64,000 bases of DNA from Candidatus Limnocylindrales bacterium (GCA_035559535.1 DATMBG010000050.1:1-64000); one strand, 5' to 3'. Shown: positions 1 through 9,970, counted from the first letter of the stretch. Made by a program: numbers and translations. The notes: generated from the letters alone by a model not told the origin.

Positions 1-1
1 A

Positions 2-1336
2 TCGGAACTTACCAAGTCTGGCCTGGGCGCCCAGGGGGAGTCGAATCAAGGTCAACCAGGCTTCTTCCAGGCCGACTTCACTTTCATCTCCTAAAAGGTT
101 TTCTCCGGAGAAGAACACATCGGCTCGAGCATAAGGATCTATCGAGGCTTGAAATCCAAGTTCGACCTCTTTCACGGTGAATCGATTTCGAAGTATGTCT
201 GACTCTGCTCCCGGCCCTTCTCCGTTAAAAGTTCTATTTCCGACGAAATTAACCTCTACCCGTATATCCGGGTTGAGGGATTGAAGAAATCCCATTCGCT
301 GCTGGGAAGGTTGCGGAGGAGGTGGTTGAAGTGGTCCGGTATTGGGGATTTGTAGCCCACCCTCGGATGACCGGGAGGGTTGCTGAGGAAGCGGTTGTTG
401 TAGTAAAGGAACCGATTGCGATTCTGGAGTTTGGGGTGAAGGGGTTTCTGCGATAGCTCTGCGTAAAGGTAAAAGCAAACTGAGTCCAAGGGAAACGAGA
501 ACCAGGGACATTCTCAAGCGTCCCGGCAAATCTTTGAAAAGATTAAAACCGGTTATTAAGATAAGAATACCCACCGAGGTGGCAACAATAGCGGAACCTG
601 ACGGGAGATCGAAAATAACAGACAGATACAAACCCAGGATAGTGGCCAGGGCACCGAAAAGGATGGCCAATGCAAAGATCCACTTAATCTTGTTGGTGGT
701 AAGTCGGGCCGTAATAGCGGGAATAACCAAAAAAGCAGACACGATGAGGATTCCCGCAGATTTAATAGAAAACGCAATAGTTATACCCAGGGTTATATAT
801 AGTAACAGATCCCAAAAACCTGCCGGAATCTTCTGGGCCCGGGCCATTTCATAATCAAAGGAGACCAGGATAAACTCTTTATAAAAGAGATAGTGGATTA
901 AACCTATTCCAAAGGTTATGAATATTAAAAGTACAATTTCTGCCTTTGGAACCGTCAGTATATTTCCAAAAAGGAAACTTAGGGCACGAGCCTCTCCGAC
1001 GGGATTTTTGGCTACAAATAAAACTCCTAAAGCAGAGGCACAGACATAGCTTACCCCAATGATTCCTTCCATTGGAATCTTTTTTCGAAAAGGAATAAGC
1101 GAAAAGAGAGTTATCCCCAGGATACTAAACAAAAGAGAAAAAAGGATTGGGCTAAAACCGAGTAAAAGGGCCAAGGCTACTCCTGCCGAAGAAATCTGGG
1201 CCAGGGCAGCCCCGACAAACACAATACGTTTAAGAACCACATAAACCCCTAGATAGGAGCAAAGTCCTGCGACAAGGAGACCTGCAATAATAGCATTTCT
1301 AAAAAAAGGTTGTTGGAGATATTCTAGTATGATCAT
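2..1336 (-). CDS. Metal (Zn/Mn) ABC permease fused in frame to an outer-membrane receptor-like domain; 3' end beyond the window edge
   Basis: Absent from the ORF track because it has no stop. Hand translation from ATG 1336 (ATGA overlap with the ATPase stop) gives MIILEYLQQPFFRNAIIAGLLVAGLCSYLGVYVVLKRIVFVGAALAQISSAGVA...FLFGNIL...SFDYEMARA...DLPSGSAIV (ZnuB/ABC-3 family). It continues open through MSLVLVSLGLSLLLPLRRAIA-ETP, a P/Q-rich linker and LNPDIRV...KEVELGFQASIDPYARAD...LEEAW...ARLGKFR. Confidence 0.85.
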   Translation of the reverse strand, partial: MIILEYLQQPFFRNAIIAGLLVAGLCSYLGVYVVLKRIVFVGAALAQISSAGVALALLLGFSPILFSLLFSILGITLFSLIPFRKKIPMEGIIGVSYVCASALGVLFVAKNPVGEARALSFLFGNILTVPKAEIVLLIFITFGIGLIHYLFYKEFILVSFDYEMARAQKIPAGFWDLLLYITLGITIAFSIKSAGILIVSAFLVIPAITARLTTNKIKWIFALAILFGALATILGLYLSVIFDLPSGSAIVATSVGILILITGFNLFKDLPGRLRMSLVLVSLGLSLLLPLRRAIAETPSPQTPESQSVPLLQQPLPQQPSRSSEGGLQIPNTGPLQPPPPQPSQQRMGFLQSLNPDIRVEVNFVGNRTFNGEGPGAESDILRNRFTVKEVELGFQASIDPYARADVFFSGENLLGDESEVGLEEAWLTLIRLPLGAQARLGKFR

Positions 1337-2247
1337 TTTGTTAATATGACTTTGGTTCCATCTACCTCCCGAACCGATACCTTGATTTGATAAACTTTAC
1401 TCAAGATCTCATCCGAGAGAATTTCATCGGTACGTCCGGTTACAATACCTTGATGAATAAGGGCTATTTTTTCGGCGTAATTGGCAACTAAGTTAAGGTT
1501 ATGCGAGGCCATGATAATATTCAAACCGTCTTGCTCATGAAGGGCTTGAATCAATTCCATCATACTCTTTTCTGAGCTTAAGTCCATTCCGCTGGTAGGT
1601 TCATCCAGAACCAATATTTGAGGTTCGGTTGCCAGAGCTCGGGCGATGAGCGTACGTTGCTTCTGACCACCCGAGAGCTCTTGAAAGGGTTTCGAGGCCA
1701 GATCTACGATACCTACATGCTCTAAGCTTTGTAAAGATATTTCTTGATCTAATTGTCCGGGTTTTTTCCAGGGGCCTAATTTTTTAAATCGACCCATGAG
1801 AACAATATCCAAAACAGAAAGAGGGAAAATTGGATCCAGTTCGCTGTGCTGGGGAACATATCCTAAAGAAATTGGAATGGAGGATTGAGGGAAAAAAATC
1901 GAAGAGAGAAAGCCAGACCTTGATTTCGGGATTTCTATTCCCTGGACTTCTCCGGAAGCAGGGGTTAAATTTTTATTCTCCTTCGGCCTGGTTTGGGCGG
2001 TAAAAATCTTTCCCTTCAGAGGTTTTAGAATTCCCAAAATGGCCTTGAGAAGCGTGGTCTTACCGGATCCATTAGGTCCTACAACTCCAAAAAAATCTCC
2101 CGAATGAATCTTGAGGTTTATATTTTCCAGTACGATCCGACGACCATAACCCAGGGTTACATCCTTAAATTCGATGAGAGGTTTCAAAATATCAGAATAT
2201 AGGGAAAACACAGGGACATGGGAACTCAAAATTAAAGCAGCCAACAT
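1333..2247 (-). CDS. Metal ABC transporter ATP-binding protein (ZnuC/MntA-like)
   Basis: Walker A GPNGSGKTT, GYVPQ, LSGGQKQR signature, LDEP. Carries an extra ~45 aa between Walker A and the Q-loop. True start may be TTG at 2187. Confidence 0.9.
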   Translation of the reverse strand: MLAALILSSHVPVFSLYSDILKPLIEFKDVTLGYGRRIVLENINLKIHSGDFFGVVGPNGSGKTTLLKAILGILKPLKGKIFTAQTRPKENKNLTPASGEVQGIEIPKSRSGFLSSIFFPQSSIPISLGYVPQHSELDPIFPLSVLDIVLMGRFKKLGPWKKPGQLDQEISLQSLEHVGIVDLASKPFQELSGGQKQRTLIARALATEPQILVLDEPTSGMDLSSEKSMMELIQALHEQDGLNIIMASHNLNLVANYAEKIALIHQGIVTGRTDEILSDEILSKVYQIKVSVREVDGTKVILTK

Positions 2248-2271
2248 ATTATCTGGAGTTGATTCCTGGCC

Positions 2272-3177
2272 TTATCTGTATATTCCCATGTCTCCATGCC
2301 TCCACGTATGGTATTTATCTATCAGGTGCTCTACGATTTTCTCTGCAATATTTATCGGAGTTGTTTGTTGTAACCCGGCCCAGCCTGGGATGCTGTTGAC
2401 TTCAATGAGATAATATTGACCGCCGGTGGATCTGAGTATATCTACACCGGCATAGTCTACCTGTAGGAGGTGACAGGCCTTTAAACTCATTTCAACCAGT
2501 TGATCCTCCAAAACATAAGGCTCAGCCGTAGCGCCTCGGGCGATATTTGTTTTCCAGGTATTTGAACGTCGAATCATAGCCGCCACAACCTGGTTTCCTA
2601 CCACAAAGGCCCGAATATCGTAATTATCATGGGGGATATATTCCTGCAGGTAGAATACATAACCCCCGAGTTCCAAAGCCCGGAAGGTCCGATATGCGAT
2701 ATCTTCATCGCAAATTCTAACCATTCCTTTGCCTCCCGACCCAAATAAAGGTTTTACAACCACATCTCCCAACTCTCGGAAGGCCTTCATGGCATCATCA
2801 AAATTCTCGGCTACAATGGTTTTAGGAGTTAATATTTTATTATCTTCTAATATAGCAGAGGTATAGTATTTGTCCACCGTTTTCTCAATGGCGGCAGGTG
2901 CGTTCATTACCATGACACCCAGGTCTTCCAGTCGGTGCAGTACGTCCATTCGGAAGATGATCTGCTCCAGAGAGCCACCGGGAATAATTCGAACTAGGAG
3001 GGCCTGGTAGTCTTCGAGTTGCTGATCTTCAACAGTAACCCTGGGTTTATCAGAAACCCTGGCCATTAACCTTGTAATGGGAAAACAATGGGATAAAATA
3101 CCTCTTTGAGTAAGGGCTTTTTGAAGGGATTCAATGTGCCAGCCAATTTCAGAAGTGAGGATACCGACTTTGATCAT
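2272..3177 (-). CDS. RimK-family ATP-grasp ligase, likely H4MPT/methanofuran:glutamate ligase (MptN/Orf5-like)
   Basis: GGSLEQIIFRMDVLHRL, VVKPLFGSGGKG, YLQEYI, YAGVD, EVNSIPGWAGLQ; close to mch. Confidence 0.85.
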   Translation of the reverse strand: MIKVGILTSEIGWHIESLQKALTQRGILSHCFPITRLMARVSDKPRVTVEDQQLEDYQALLVRIIPGGSLEQIIFRMDVLHRLEDLGVMVMNAPAAIEKTVDKYYTSAILEDNKILTPKTIVAENFDDAMKAFRELGDVVVKPLFGSGGKGMVRICDEDIAYRTFRALELGGYVFYLQEYIPHDNYDIRAFVVGNQVVAAMIRRSNTWKTNIARGATAEPYVLEDQLVEMSLKACHLLQVDYAGVDILRSTGGQYYLIEVNSIPGWAGLQQTTPINIAEKIVEHLIDKYHTWRHGDMGIYR

Positions 3178-5369
3178 GGGGTTATGGCAGGAGGTTTATC
3201 TTGATAAATAGCCAGATTATGTAATAACTTACTTAACTCTTCCCATCGGTAGGGTTTAGCAATAACGCCACTAAATCCGTATTGTTGGAAGTTAGCCATG
3301 ACCGGGTCATTGGAGTAACCACTGGATACAATGGCTTTGACGTGGGGATCTATTTCCCTCAATCGGGCGATGGCTTCTTTACCTCCCATCCCACCCGGGA
3401 CGGTTAAATCCATAATCGTTACCTGAAAGGGTTGTCCGAGTTCTTTAGCTCTCTGATAGAGTTGGATCGCTTCAGAACCATCTTTAGCAACTTCTACCTG
3501 GTATCCCATATAACTCAACATCTGGCTAACTGCTTCGGTAACAATGTCTTCATCATCCATAATCAAGATCTTCCCCTTACCTGAAGGAGGATTTTCTTCT
3601 ACTCTTTTCTCTGTCGGGATATGCTTCTGCGAAGCAGGAAGATAAAGATGGAAAGTTGTTCCTGCTCCTAATTTAGACTGTGCGGTAATATACCCGTCAT
3701 GTTTCTGGATAATTGAATATACTGTCGTAAGCCCAAGACCACTCCCCTTCTCTTTGGTTGTAAAATAAGGATCAAAGATCTTAGTCAGGTGCTCTTCGGG
3801 TATACCCACGCCTGGATCTTTTAAGGATATTTTTATATAATTTCCGGCGGGCAGAGGCAACCCTGAGCCGGCTTCTTCTACACCGATCACCACGTTCTCA
3901 CCGTATATTTGAATAACTCCTCCCTGGGGCATGGCTTGTTGGGCATTGATAACAAGATTATGGATTACCTGGGTCATTTGTCCTTCATCCACTTCTACCG
4001 GCCAGAGGTCCTCTGAAAGGAAAAATTCACATCGCACGGGGGAACCTCTGAGGACAAAATTTACCGAATCTTTGATTAATTGGGCTATGGAAATCGTTTT
4101 CTTTACCGGTAACCCTCCTTTAGAGAAGGTAAGCAATTGTTGGGTTAAATCTTTTGCCCGCAGAGAAGCTTTTTCCGCTTCGGTAAGTCTTTTGAATACC
4201 TCTTCTTGAGGATAAGCGCATTTCTTGGCCAAAGAGATATTCATCAAAATAGCGGTCAGAATATTATTAAAATCATGGGCGAGGCCACCGGCCAGGACAC
4301 CTATAGATTCCAGCTTACTGGCTTTCAGGCGCTCTTCTTCTATTTTTTGCTTTTCCGTGATGTCCCGAAAAACCAAAACTACCCCGATAATCTGACCTTT
4401 TCTATTTCGAATGGGAGCTCCGCTATCTGAAATAATTCGCCGGGTTCCATCTCTGGCTATAAGAACGGCAGGGTAGGCAAGATCGGTAGGGATCCCGGTT
4501 TTTATTACTTTTTCTACGGGATTTTCATAAGGTTCCTGGGTTTTATCCTGAACAACATGAAAGACCTCTTGCAAAGGCTTACCTGCAGCTTCTTGTTGAG
4601 TCCAACCGGTCAGTTTTTCTGCAACAGGGTTGAGTAAAACGACTTTTCCTTCTATATCGGTGGTAATAACCCCATCTCCAATGGAACATAAAGTCACGAC
4701 CAACTGCTCTTTTTCGGCAGCCAGGGCCTCTTCAGCCTGTTTACGCTCGGCTAATTCTCGCTGTGCCGAGGTGTAAAGTAGCGCATTGTCCAGGGCGATG
4801 GAAGCCAATTGGGCAAATCGATTCAGTAATTCAATCTCCTCGTCTTTAAAAGCCCGACCTCTCTCAAGATAGGCTAAACCCAATACGCCTACTACTTTGG
4901 ATCCGGATTTAAGCGGTACCCCGACCACAGCTCGAAAGTCGTCAATAGGGGAATTTGGCAAACGACCGGACCAGGTATGATAGTCCTCTACTACCAGGGG
5001 TTGACCGGTTAGCCAGACTTTTCCGATTAAGCCTTCCCCAGGTTTATGCCGAAAGCCAATATGATGGCTATAAATTCCCGTGCCTATCTTCATAACCGTT
5101 TCTGCTTCTCCGGGTTCAACCAGATGAATATATCCATGGGGGGTTCCTAATAACACACCGGCACGTGTGATAATCGCTTCAAGCAAATCGTTCAACTCCA
5201 ACCGATTCATCAAAGCAAGGGTAGTTTCATGTAAAGCAGCCAGATAAGAATGCTGTTTGCGGAGCTTTTCCTCTACCCCTGCATGCTTCTTTTTCAACTC
5301 GGTTATTTCCTTACGAAGGGCCGCCAATTCCTCTAACAATTGTTCCTTTGTTTTATTTTCTTCTTCCAT
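3174..5369 (-). CDS. Cytoplasmic hybrid sensor histidine kinase (GAF-PAS-HisKA-HATPase-REC)
   Basis: GAF (GEGLIGKVW...GVPL), PAS (IGDGVITTD...NPVAEKLTGW), H-box AHDFNNIL, FDPYFTTK/GSGLGL, receiver IMDDE...MDLTVP...KP. Confidence 0.92.
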   Translation of the reverse strand: MEEENKTKEQLLEELAALRKEITELKKKHAGVEEKLRKQHSYLAALHETTLALMNRLELNDLLEAIITRAGVLLGTPHGYIHLVEPGEAETVMKIGTGIYSHHIGFRHKPGEGLIGKVWLTGQPLVVEDYHTWSGRLPNSPIDDFRAVVGVPLKSGSKVVGVLGLAYLERGRAFKDEEIELLNRFAQLASIALDNALLYTSAQRELAERKQAEEALAAEKEQLVVTLCSIGDGVITTDIEGKVVLLNPVAEKLTGWTQQEAAGKPLQEVFHVVQDKTQEPYENPVEKVIKTGIPTDLAYPAVLIARDGTRRIISDSGAPIRNRKGQIIGVVLVFRDITEKQKIEEERLKASKLESIGVLAGGLAHDFNNILTAILMNISLAKKCAYPQEEVFKRLTEAEKASLRAKDLTQQLLTFSKGGLPVKKTISIAQLIKDSVNFVLRGSPVRCEFFLSEDLWPVEVDEGQMTQVIHNLVINAQQAMPQGGVIQIYGENVVIGVEEAGSGLPLPAGNYIKISLKDPGVGIPEEHLTKIFDPYFTTKEKGSGLGLTTVYSIIQKHDGYITAQSKLGAGTTFHLYLPASQKHIPTEKRVEENPPSGKGKILIMDDEDIVTEAVSQMLSYMGYQVEVAKDGSEAIQLYQRAKELGQPFQVTIMDLTVPGGMGGKEAIARLREIDPHVKAIVSSGYSNDPVMANFQQYGFSGVIAKPYRWEELSKLLHNLAIYQDKPPAITP

Positions 5370-5492
5370 GGAAAGTTTTTAAAATAAAAGAAATATTTCC
5401 CTGTGGGAGACTGATAAATAAAGCATTTTTAGCCATGAATCCCTCAAGGGGTATGGTTAAAATTTTTTAGGTAGAATGTCAATAAGAAAATT

Positions 5493-6473
5493 TCACATGG
5501 TAGTAACAGAACACTCAGATTCTTGGAATAAGGAGATGGCCAGGAGTCTTTCGTTGATCTGACCGGCTTGAAAAACTTTTCCACTGGAGATGTTATTCAA
5601 CGTTATTCGGGCAGGGCTAAATAGGAGCGGATCTATTTTGTAAAAATCTTGATAACGGCGAAAGAGTTCGTAGAAGGGAATGCCGTAATCTTTGGAACTT
5701 GAAGCGGGTATCTGGGTTAGGATTTGGGTAATTTCTGAATCGCTACCCTCCAGGGTGTAATAGGCTTCTCCACCGTATAAAATACAATCATTGGTTCGAC
5801 CGATAGCCTTTAAAGGGTTCTTTATGACAGGGGCTATAGGACATGTGCCGGACCCGGTCAGGATTTTATTGAGATCAAATCCTAATTCGAGCATTTTATG
5901 CAAACCGGTCTCCACAACCCGAGCCGCGATCTGAATAGATCCAACCAAACTGTCGGTGGAAGCAACGATGATGGAGAGATTTTCCGGTTTAATGTGGCAT
6001 TTTTCTGCAATAAATCGGGCTACTTCGACGCCGGGTAAACCGGAACTTTCCAGGGCGATCACGGCGGTGGAAGATTCTTCTTGATAATCGATCTGAGAAA
6101 ACAATTTTTCTACCCGGGCAAGGAGCCTGGCCGGACCGGAACCCATAGCCAGATAGTTATCGATTTCTATCTTCCACCCGGCGTATTGAGAAGCCATACA
6201 TCCAAGAACCGGCCAGTCGACGACGACCTGAACTCCTGGAAGGGAAAGTTCCTTTAGATGGATTTGGGTAAACTGAACATTCCCCAGACCTCCCAGGCAA
6301 ATCTCCGCAAAATACTTTCCCACCGTCCAACTTCCCACGCTTTCAACCCCGGCATCGATAACTGTAGTTCCATTAGACAACGTTATAACCCTCACTTTGA
6401 GGAACTCTGCATTGGCGACGACGTAATCAAAAAGTTTACGGGCGTTCTGGTTCAGGTTTAGGTTTAACTTCAT
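5493..6473 (-). CDS. mch: Methenyltetrahydromethanopterin cyclohydrolase
   Basis: EICLGGLG, CMASQYAGW, GSGPAR, ARVVETGLHK, GRTNDCILYGG, FYKIDPLLFSPA. Confidence 0.95.
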   Translation of the reverse strand: MKLNLNLNQNARKLFDYVVANAEFLKVRVITLSNGTTVIDAGVESVGSWTVGKYFAEICLGGLGNVQFTQIHLKELSLPGVQVVVDWPVLGCMASQYAGWKIEIDNYLAMGSGPARLLARVEKLFSQIDYQEESSTAVIALESSGLPGVEVARFIAEKCHIKPENLSIIVASTDSLVGSIQIAARVVETGLHKMLELGFDLNKILTGSGTCPIAPVIKNPLKAIGRTNDCILYGGEAYYTLEGSDSEITQILTQIPASSSKDYGIPFYELFRRYQDFYKIDPLLFSPARITLNNISSGKVFQAGQINERLLAISLFQESECSVTTM

Positions 6474-7276
6474 GCAGCAAACTCCAATATTTCCCCTTTA
6501 CCCAATTCACTGATATCCCCATGGTAACGTCTATAGGGTCCTTTAAGGTATTCTTCTTTAATCGAAATCCCCTGTTTTTTCAAAAAGTGGAAATAAACCT
6601 TTAGAAAGTCTGGAGTATAAGTCGTATCATACTTAAAAGTAGGGAGTAACGAGACCGGATTAAAGGTCACGATGGTTCCTCGCCGCATACCGGCTCCCGT
6701 TCTGGCACCTAGAGTTCCAAAGACAAAAATCGTTCCGGCAATCATATAACTTCCGGTAAAGTCTCCTGCATTTCCCAGAATTACGATAAGGCCTCGCCGC
6801 ATAAAGCTTCCGACCTCATAGCCTGCATTTCCTTCAACAATAATCGTTCCCCGGTTCATTCCGACTGTCGTTCCTCGATAAACCCCTCCCACCCGGTTTC
6901 CGGCATTTCCTTTGATACGGATAAGTCCACCTGTCATCTCTGCCCCTACCCAACTATCGACGTCCCCTTCCACAAAGATTTCCCCACCTTTCATGAAGGC
7001 TCCCAGGTGTAACCCTACATTCCCTTTGATGGAGATCTTACCTCGGCTCATTCCAAAGCCGATTTTCTTAATCTTGGATAAGTCCCCTTCCAGGTAAATC
7101 TGATCGGATTTTTCCCCCTCTACCTCGAAGACTTCCCCCAACTTTTTTTCTTTATTCCCATAATAAAGGGGTAAACCACAAAGCTCGGCGTGGGTTTTAT
7201 CAAAGAAGATATCCGGTGAGATAATCTCAGCTTCTATGGGAATATCGTATTTCTCCTTGAGTTTGAGTAAAATCAT
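6470..7276 (-). CDS. fwdC: Formylmethanofuran dehydrogenase subunit C
   Basis: Repeated GxxMxGGxIxVxG beta-helix motifs, GMRRGTI, C-terminal GDISELGKGEI. Confidence 0.93.
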   Translation of the reverse strand: MILLKLKEKYDIPIEAEIISPDIFFDKTHAELCGLPLYYGNKEKKLGEVFEVEGEKSDQIYLEGDLSKIKKIGFGMSRGKISIKGNVGLHLGAFMKGGEIFVEGDVDSWVGAEMTGGLIRIKGNAGNRVGGVYRGTTVGMNRGTIIVEGNAGYEVGSFMRRGLIVILGNAGDFTGSYMIAGTIFVFGTLGARTGAGMRRGTIVTFNPVSLLPTFKYDTTYTPDFLKVYFHFLKKQGISIKEEYLKGPYRRYHGDISELGKGEILEFAA

Positions 7277-7284
7277 AACCGATT

Positions 7285-8187
7285 TTATTCGAGGATTTTG
7301 CGCAGGTAAAAGTGATACTTTCCCAGTTTTCCGCCGTAATTTCCGGCCGATATTTTTTTGATCCCCGGGATGCAGGCGGCTTGAATTCCGGCTTTCATAG
7401 CAGCCCCGATGGCTTCCGGAGTCGTACCGTCGATAACGATTTCTAAAACCGAGTTTACGTCATCTGGGACCTGGGAAGGGGTCTGCCTACGAATGGTTGG
7501 GCAAAAGGCCGTGTTGGAAGAGGCGACCAAAAACTTATACCTGGAGCCTACTTTACTTCCACTTCGTACTATCCCTCCGGGAAAAGGCATAATGACGCCG
7601 GGTATTTTTTTCATGGCGTCAACGGCTCTTTCGGCGGCTTCCAGGGTAATTTCTACCTGTTCTCCCATGATAAAAAAATTACCACCCCCCACGGCAGATT
7701 TTATCCCAAATTTATCCTCAACCAGAAATTCCCCGTCCATGACCGGAATCCGCCAGAATCGCCGTTCCCGATTACCGTTAATGGCAGCATCAATGACTTT
7801 ACTGATTTGAAAACCATCCCCGAAAAACCGAAGTTTACCTCCCACCGAAACCCACTCCTCTCCTTCCAGATTATTAAAGCAAGCCGATGTCGGAGAGGTC
7901 ATAACAGATTGGCCAATCCGTTGGATGAGCTGGCCTTGAAGATTCTTTTTGGAAGTTCCAAAGAAGAGAACATTAACTCCCGGACGACCATCTGGAGTTT
8001 CCTGGGTTTCAATCCCCTCAATCCCGGCTTCACCACCACAACCGATAACAGAAGTGGCAAACCCAGTCATACTTCGGGCTGCCTCAAAGGCCCACTTTTC
8101 ATTCAAAGCCGTAATCAAAACCCGGCTGACCTGCATGGCAAAAGCTTCGGCATAGGTATCTTCGATAAATACGCCGTTGATTTCCAT
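7285..8187 (-). CDS. ftr: Formylmethanofuran:H4MPT formyltransferase
   Basis: MEINGVFIEDTYAEAF, TGFATSVIGC, TPDGRPG, PFPGGIVRSGSKVGS, ISAGNYGGKLG. Confidence 0.96.
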   Translation of the reverse strand: MEINGVFIEDTYAEAFAMQVSRVLITALNEKWAFEAARSMTGFATSVIGCGGEAGIEGIETQETPDGRPGVNVLFFGTSKKNLQGQLIQRIGQSVMTSPTSACFNNLEGEEWVSVGGKLRFFGDGFQISKVIDAAINGNRERRFWRIPVMDGEFLVEDKFGIKSAVGGGNFFIMGEQVEITLEAAERAVDAMKKIPGVIMPFPGGIVRSGSKVGSRYKFLVASSNTAFCPTIRRQTPSQVPDDVNSVLEIVIDGTTPEAIGAAMKAGIQAACIPGIKKISAGNYGGKLGKYHFYLRKILE

Positions 8188-8207
8188 TTAAAGAAAGGAC
8201 CGAGAAA

Positions 8208-8295
8208 GTATGGGAGTGTGGAAGTATGGGAGTATGGAAGTGTGGAAGCATTTACTCCCATACTTCCACACTTCCATACTCCTATACCTCTATAC
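8208..8295. repeat. Inverted array of 8-bp tandem repeats (GTRTGGRA)x5 / (TYCCAYAC-like)x5
   Basis: gtatggga gtgtggaa gtatggga gtatggaa gtgtggaa - gcatttac - tcccatac ttccacac ttccatac tcctatac ctctatac, between fwdA and ftr. Confidence 0.9.
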
Positions 8296-8331
8296 TCTTC
8301 GTGGATTTTTAAAAACTGCAAACGCAGGGAG

Positions 8332-9957
8332 TTAACTAGATACTTTTACACTCTCATACCTGGTAAAAGTTTCCAATCCGGTAGGGTAATTCGAAAACTC
8401 GACCGTATAGTATTTTTCAAAATCGTCTCGGATTTCATTCTGAAAAGCTTTATTTTCAGGCAATTCCACGAAAATTGTTTTTCCTGTCCAGTCCTTTAAA
8501 ATCTGTCCTTCCTGTAAAATAACCTCTCCTTCCTTGAGGACATAGACCGGCCTTTCAAACATTTCCTCTTTGTTCTCCAATTTTGGGTAAAGGACAATAT
8601 CTGCATCGGCTCCAACTCCGAGATGGCCTTTATGGGTGAGGCCCAGGGCCTTTGCGGGACCTGCTCGGGTAATGATAGCAATTTCGTAAAGGGAATATTC
8701 CCGGGTAATGTGAGGCAAGACGGTGTCCTTTAAAACTCTCCTATGAACCCGCTTGATCATTTCATCTCGAAAGTTTTTATCCATCAGCAGACGGATGATA
8801 TAAGGGTAAAAAATAAAAGGTCCTCCGTTGGGATGGTCTGTGGACATAAAAACCTGCCAGGGATTTTTGATGAGCAAAAAGAGTTCCAGGCCGATAGCCC
8901 ATTGAATGGCATTAACAAAATTCTTTTCCTTATATACGTAAGGAACGATTCCACAGCCCGATTCCAGTTCTACGTCACTGTTGTACCACTTTTTTTCAGA
9001 AATTTTATGGAGGCGATACTGCCAGGGCCCATCGGCAGTCATGGTCGTAGTATCTCCAAAGATGATCTGGCCGACATCAATGGTGGCGTGGGAGTGTTGA
9101 TTAAGATATTCGGCAATTTCAGGAGCTTTGGAGGCAAATCCACCCCAGTTTTCCCCGCCGTAGCTATGGAATTGAACATGGGTTAAATGAACCCGTTTCC
9201 CTTCCAGGGCATGTAAGGTTTCTAAGGTTGTTCGATAATTACCCGGCACCCCTAAGTTGTTACAATGGATATGCACGCCATGGGGTAAATGGAGATCTTC
9301 ATTAATCTGAGCTAAAGCGGTAAGAATCTGTCGGGGTGTGACGTCAAAATGGTTGACCTTATCATCCAGTCCCGATACATCTTGACCATATTTCCAATTC
9401 TCAACGCCACCCGGATTTACTATCTTAATGGCATAACCCTTTGTTGCATTGAGAAGCCAGGCGGTGTAATCCCTGGCCTTTTCATATTCCCCTTTCTGCA
9501 GGTATCTCAGAATAAACTCATTGTTCCCCAGAACGATATAACAGCCCTTATCGATCATGGGGGTATCGTTGAGTTCTTCATGGGTATGTCGGGCTCCAAT
9601 GGGAGGAACAGCCGCTTCCATAACTGTGGTATAGCCCAATTTTGTATAAAGGTAACCCGTTGCAAAGGTAGAAGGAATAGTATACCCGGTTCCGGATCGG
9701 GTGATCCTGGTTTTTGGAATTACCATTCTTCGATGATCTTCTGGTCTCAGTCCCCGTCCGGCATTAACTTTAAGCCCGGAGATATGGCTGTGGATATCTA
9801 TACCTCCCGGCATCACGACCAGATTTGAAGCGTCTATGATTTCAGCCGTGTTCGGTACTTCGTCAACGATTTTACCATCTCGGATACAAATCTCCTTGAT
9901 GACCCCGTTAATTCCATTTAGGGGGTCATAAACTTCCCCGTTAATAATTTTAAGCAT
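8332..9957 (-). CDS. fwdA: Formylmethanofuran dehydrogenase subunit A (amidohydrolase)
   Basis: PGGIDIHSH, GYTTVMEAA, IKIVNPGG, HIHCNNLG, HVQFHSY, STDHPNGGPF; the metal ligands appear intact. Confidence 0.95.
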   Translation of the reverse strand: MLKIINGEVYDPLNGINGVIKEICIRDGKIVDEVPNTAEIIDASNLVVMPGGIDIHSHISGLKVNAGRGLRPEDHRRMVIPKTRITRSGTGYTIPSTFATGYLYTKLGYTTVMEAAVPPIGARHTHEELNDTPMIDKGCYIVLGNNEFILRYLQKGEYEKARDYTAWLLNATKGYAIKIVNPGGVENWKYGQDVSGLDDKVNHFDVTPRQILTALAQINEDLHLPHGVHIHCNNLGVPGNYRTTLETLHALEGKRVHLTHVQFHSYGGENWGGFASKAPEIAEYLNQHSHATIDVGQIIFGDTTTMTADGPWQYRLHKISEKKWYNSDVELESGCGIVPYVYKEKNFVNAIQWAIGLELFLLIKNPWQVFMSTDHPNGGPFIFYPYIIRLLMDKNFRDEMIKRVHRRVLKDTVLPHITREYSLYEIAIITRAGPAKALGLTHKGHLGVGADADIVLYPKLENKEEMFERPVYVLKEGEVILQEGQILKDWTGKTIFVELPENKAFQNEIRDDFEKYYTVEFSNYPTGLETFTRYESVKVSS

Positions 9958-9970
9958 AGGTCGACTTCTT

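Noticed and set aside
256-1244. Short ORFs 256-489, 534-854, 556-777 and 1059-1244, and the many other short antisense or out-of-frame ORFs in the track
   Set aside because: They are shadow ORFs overlapping well-supported genes and have no recognisable motifs.
8208-8295. Octamer arrays as a CRISPR array
   Set aside because: Units are 8 bp, directly tandem and inverted, with no unique spacers, and there are no cas genes in the window.
8115-8321. ORFs 8115-8321, 13745-13963 and 53279-53461 as real small proteins
   Set aside because: They are largely translations of the octamer repeats (GVWKCGS / PYSHTPT) and mostly overlap neighbouring genes.
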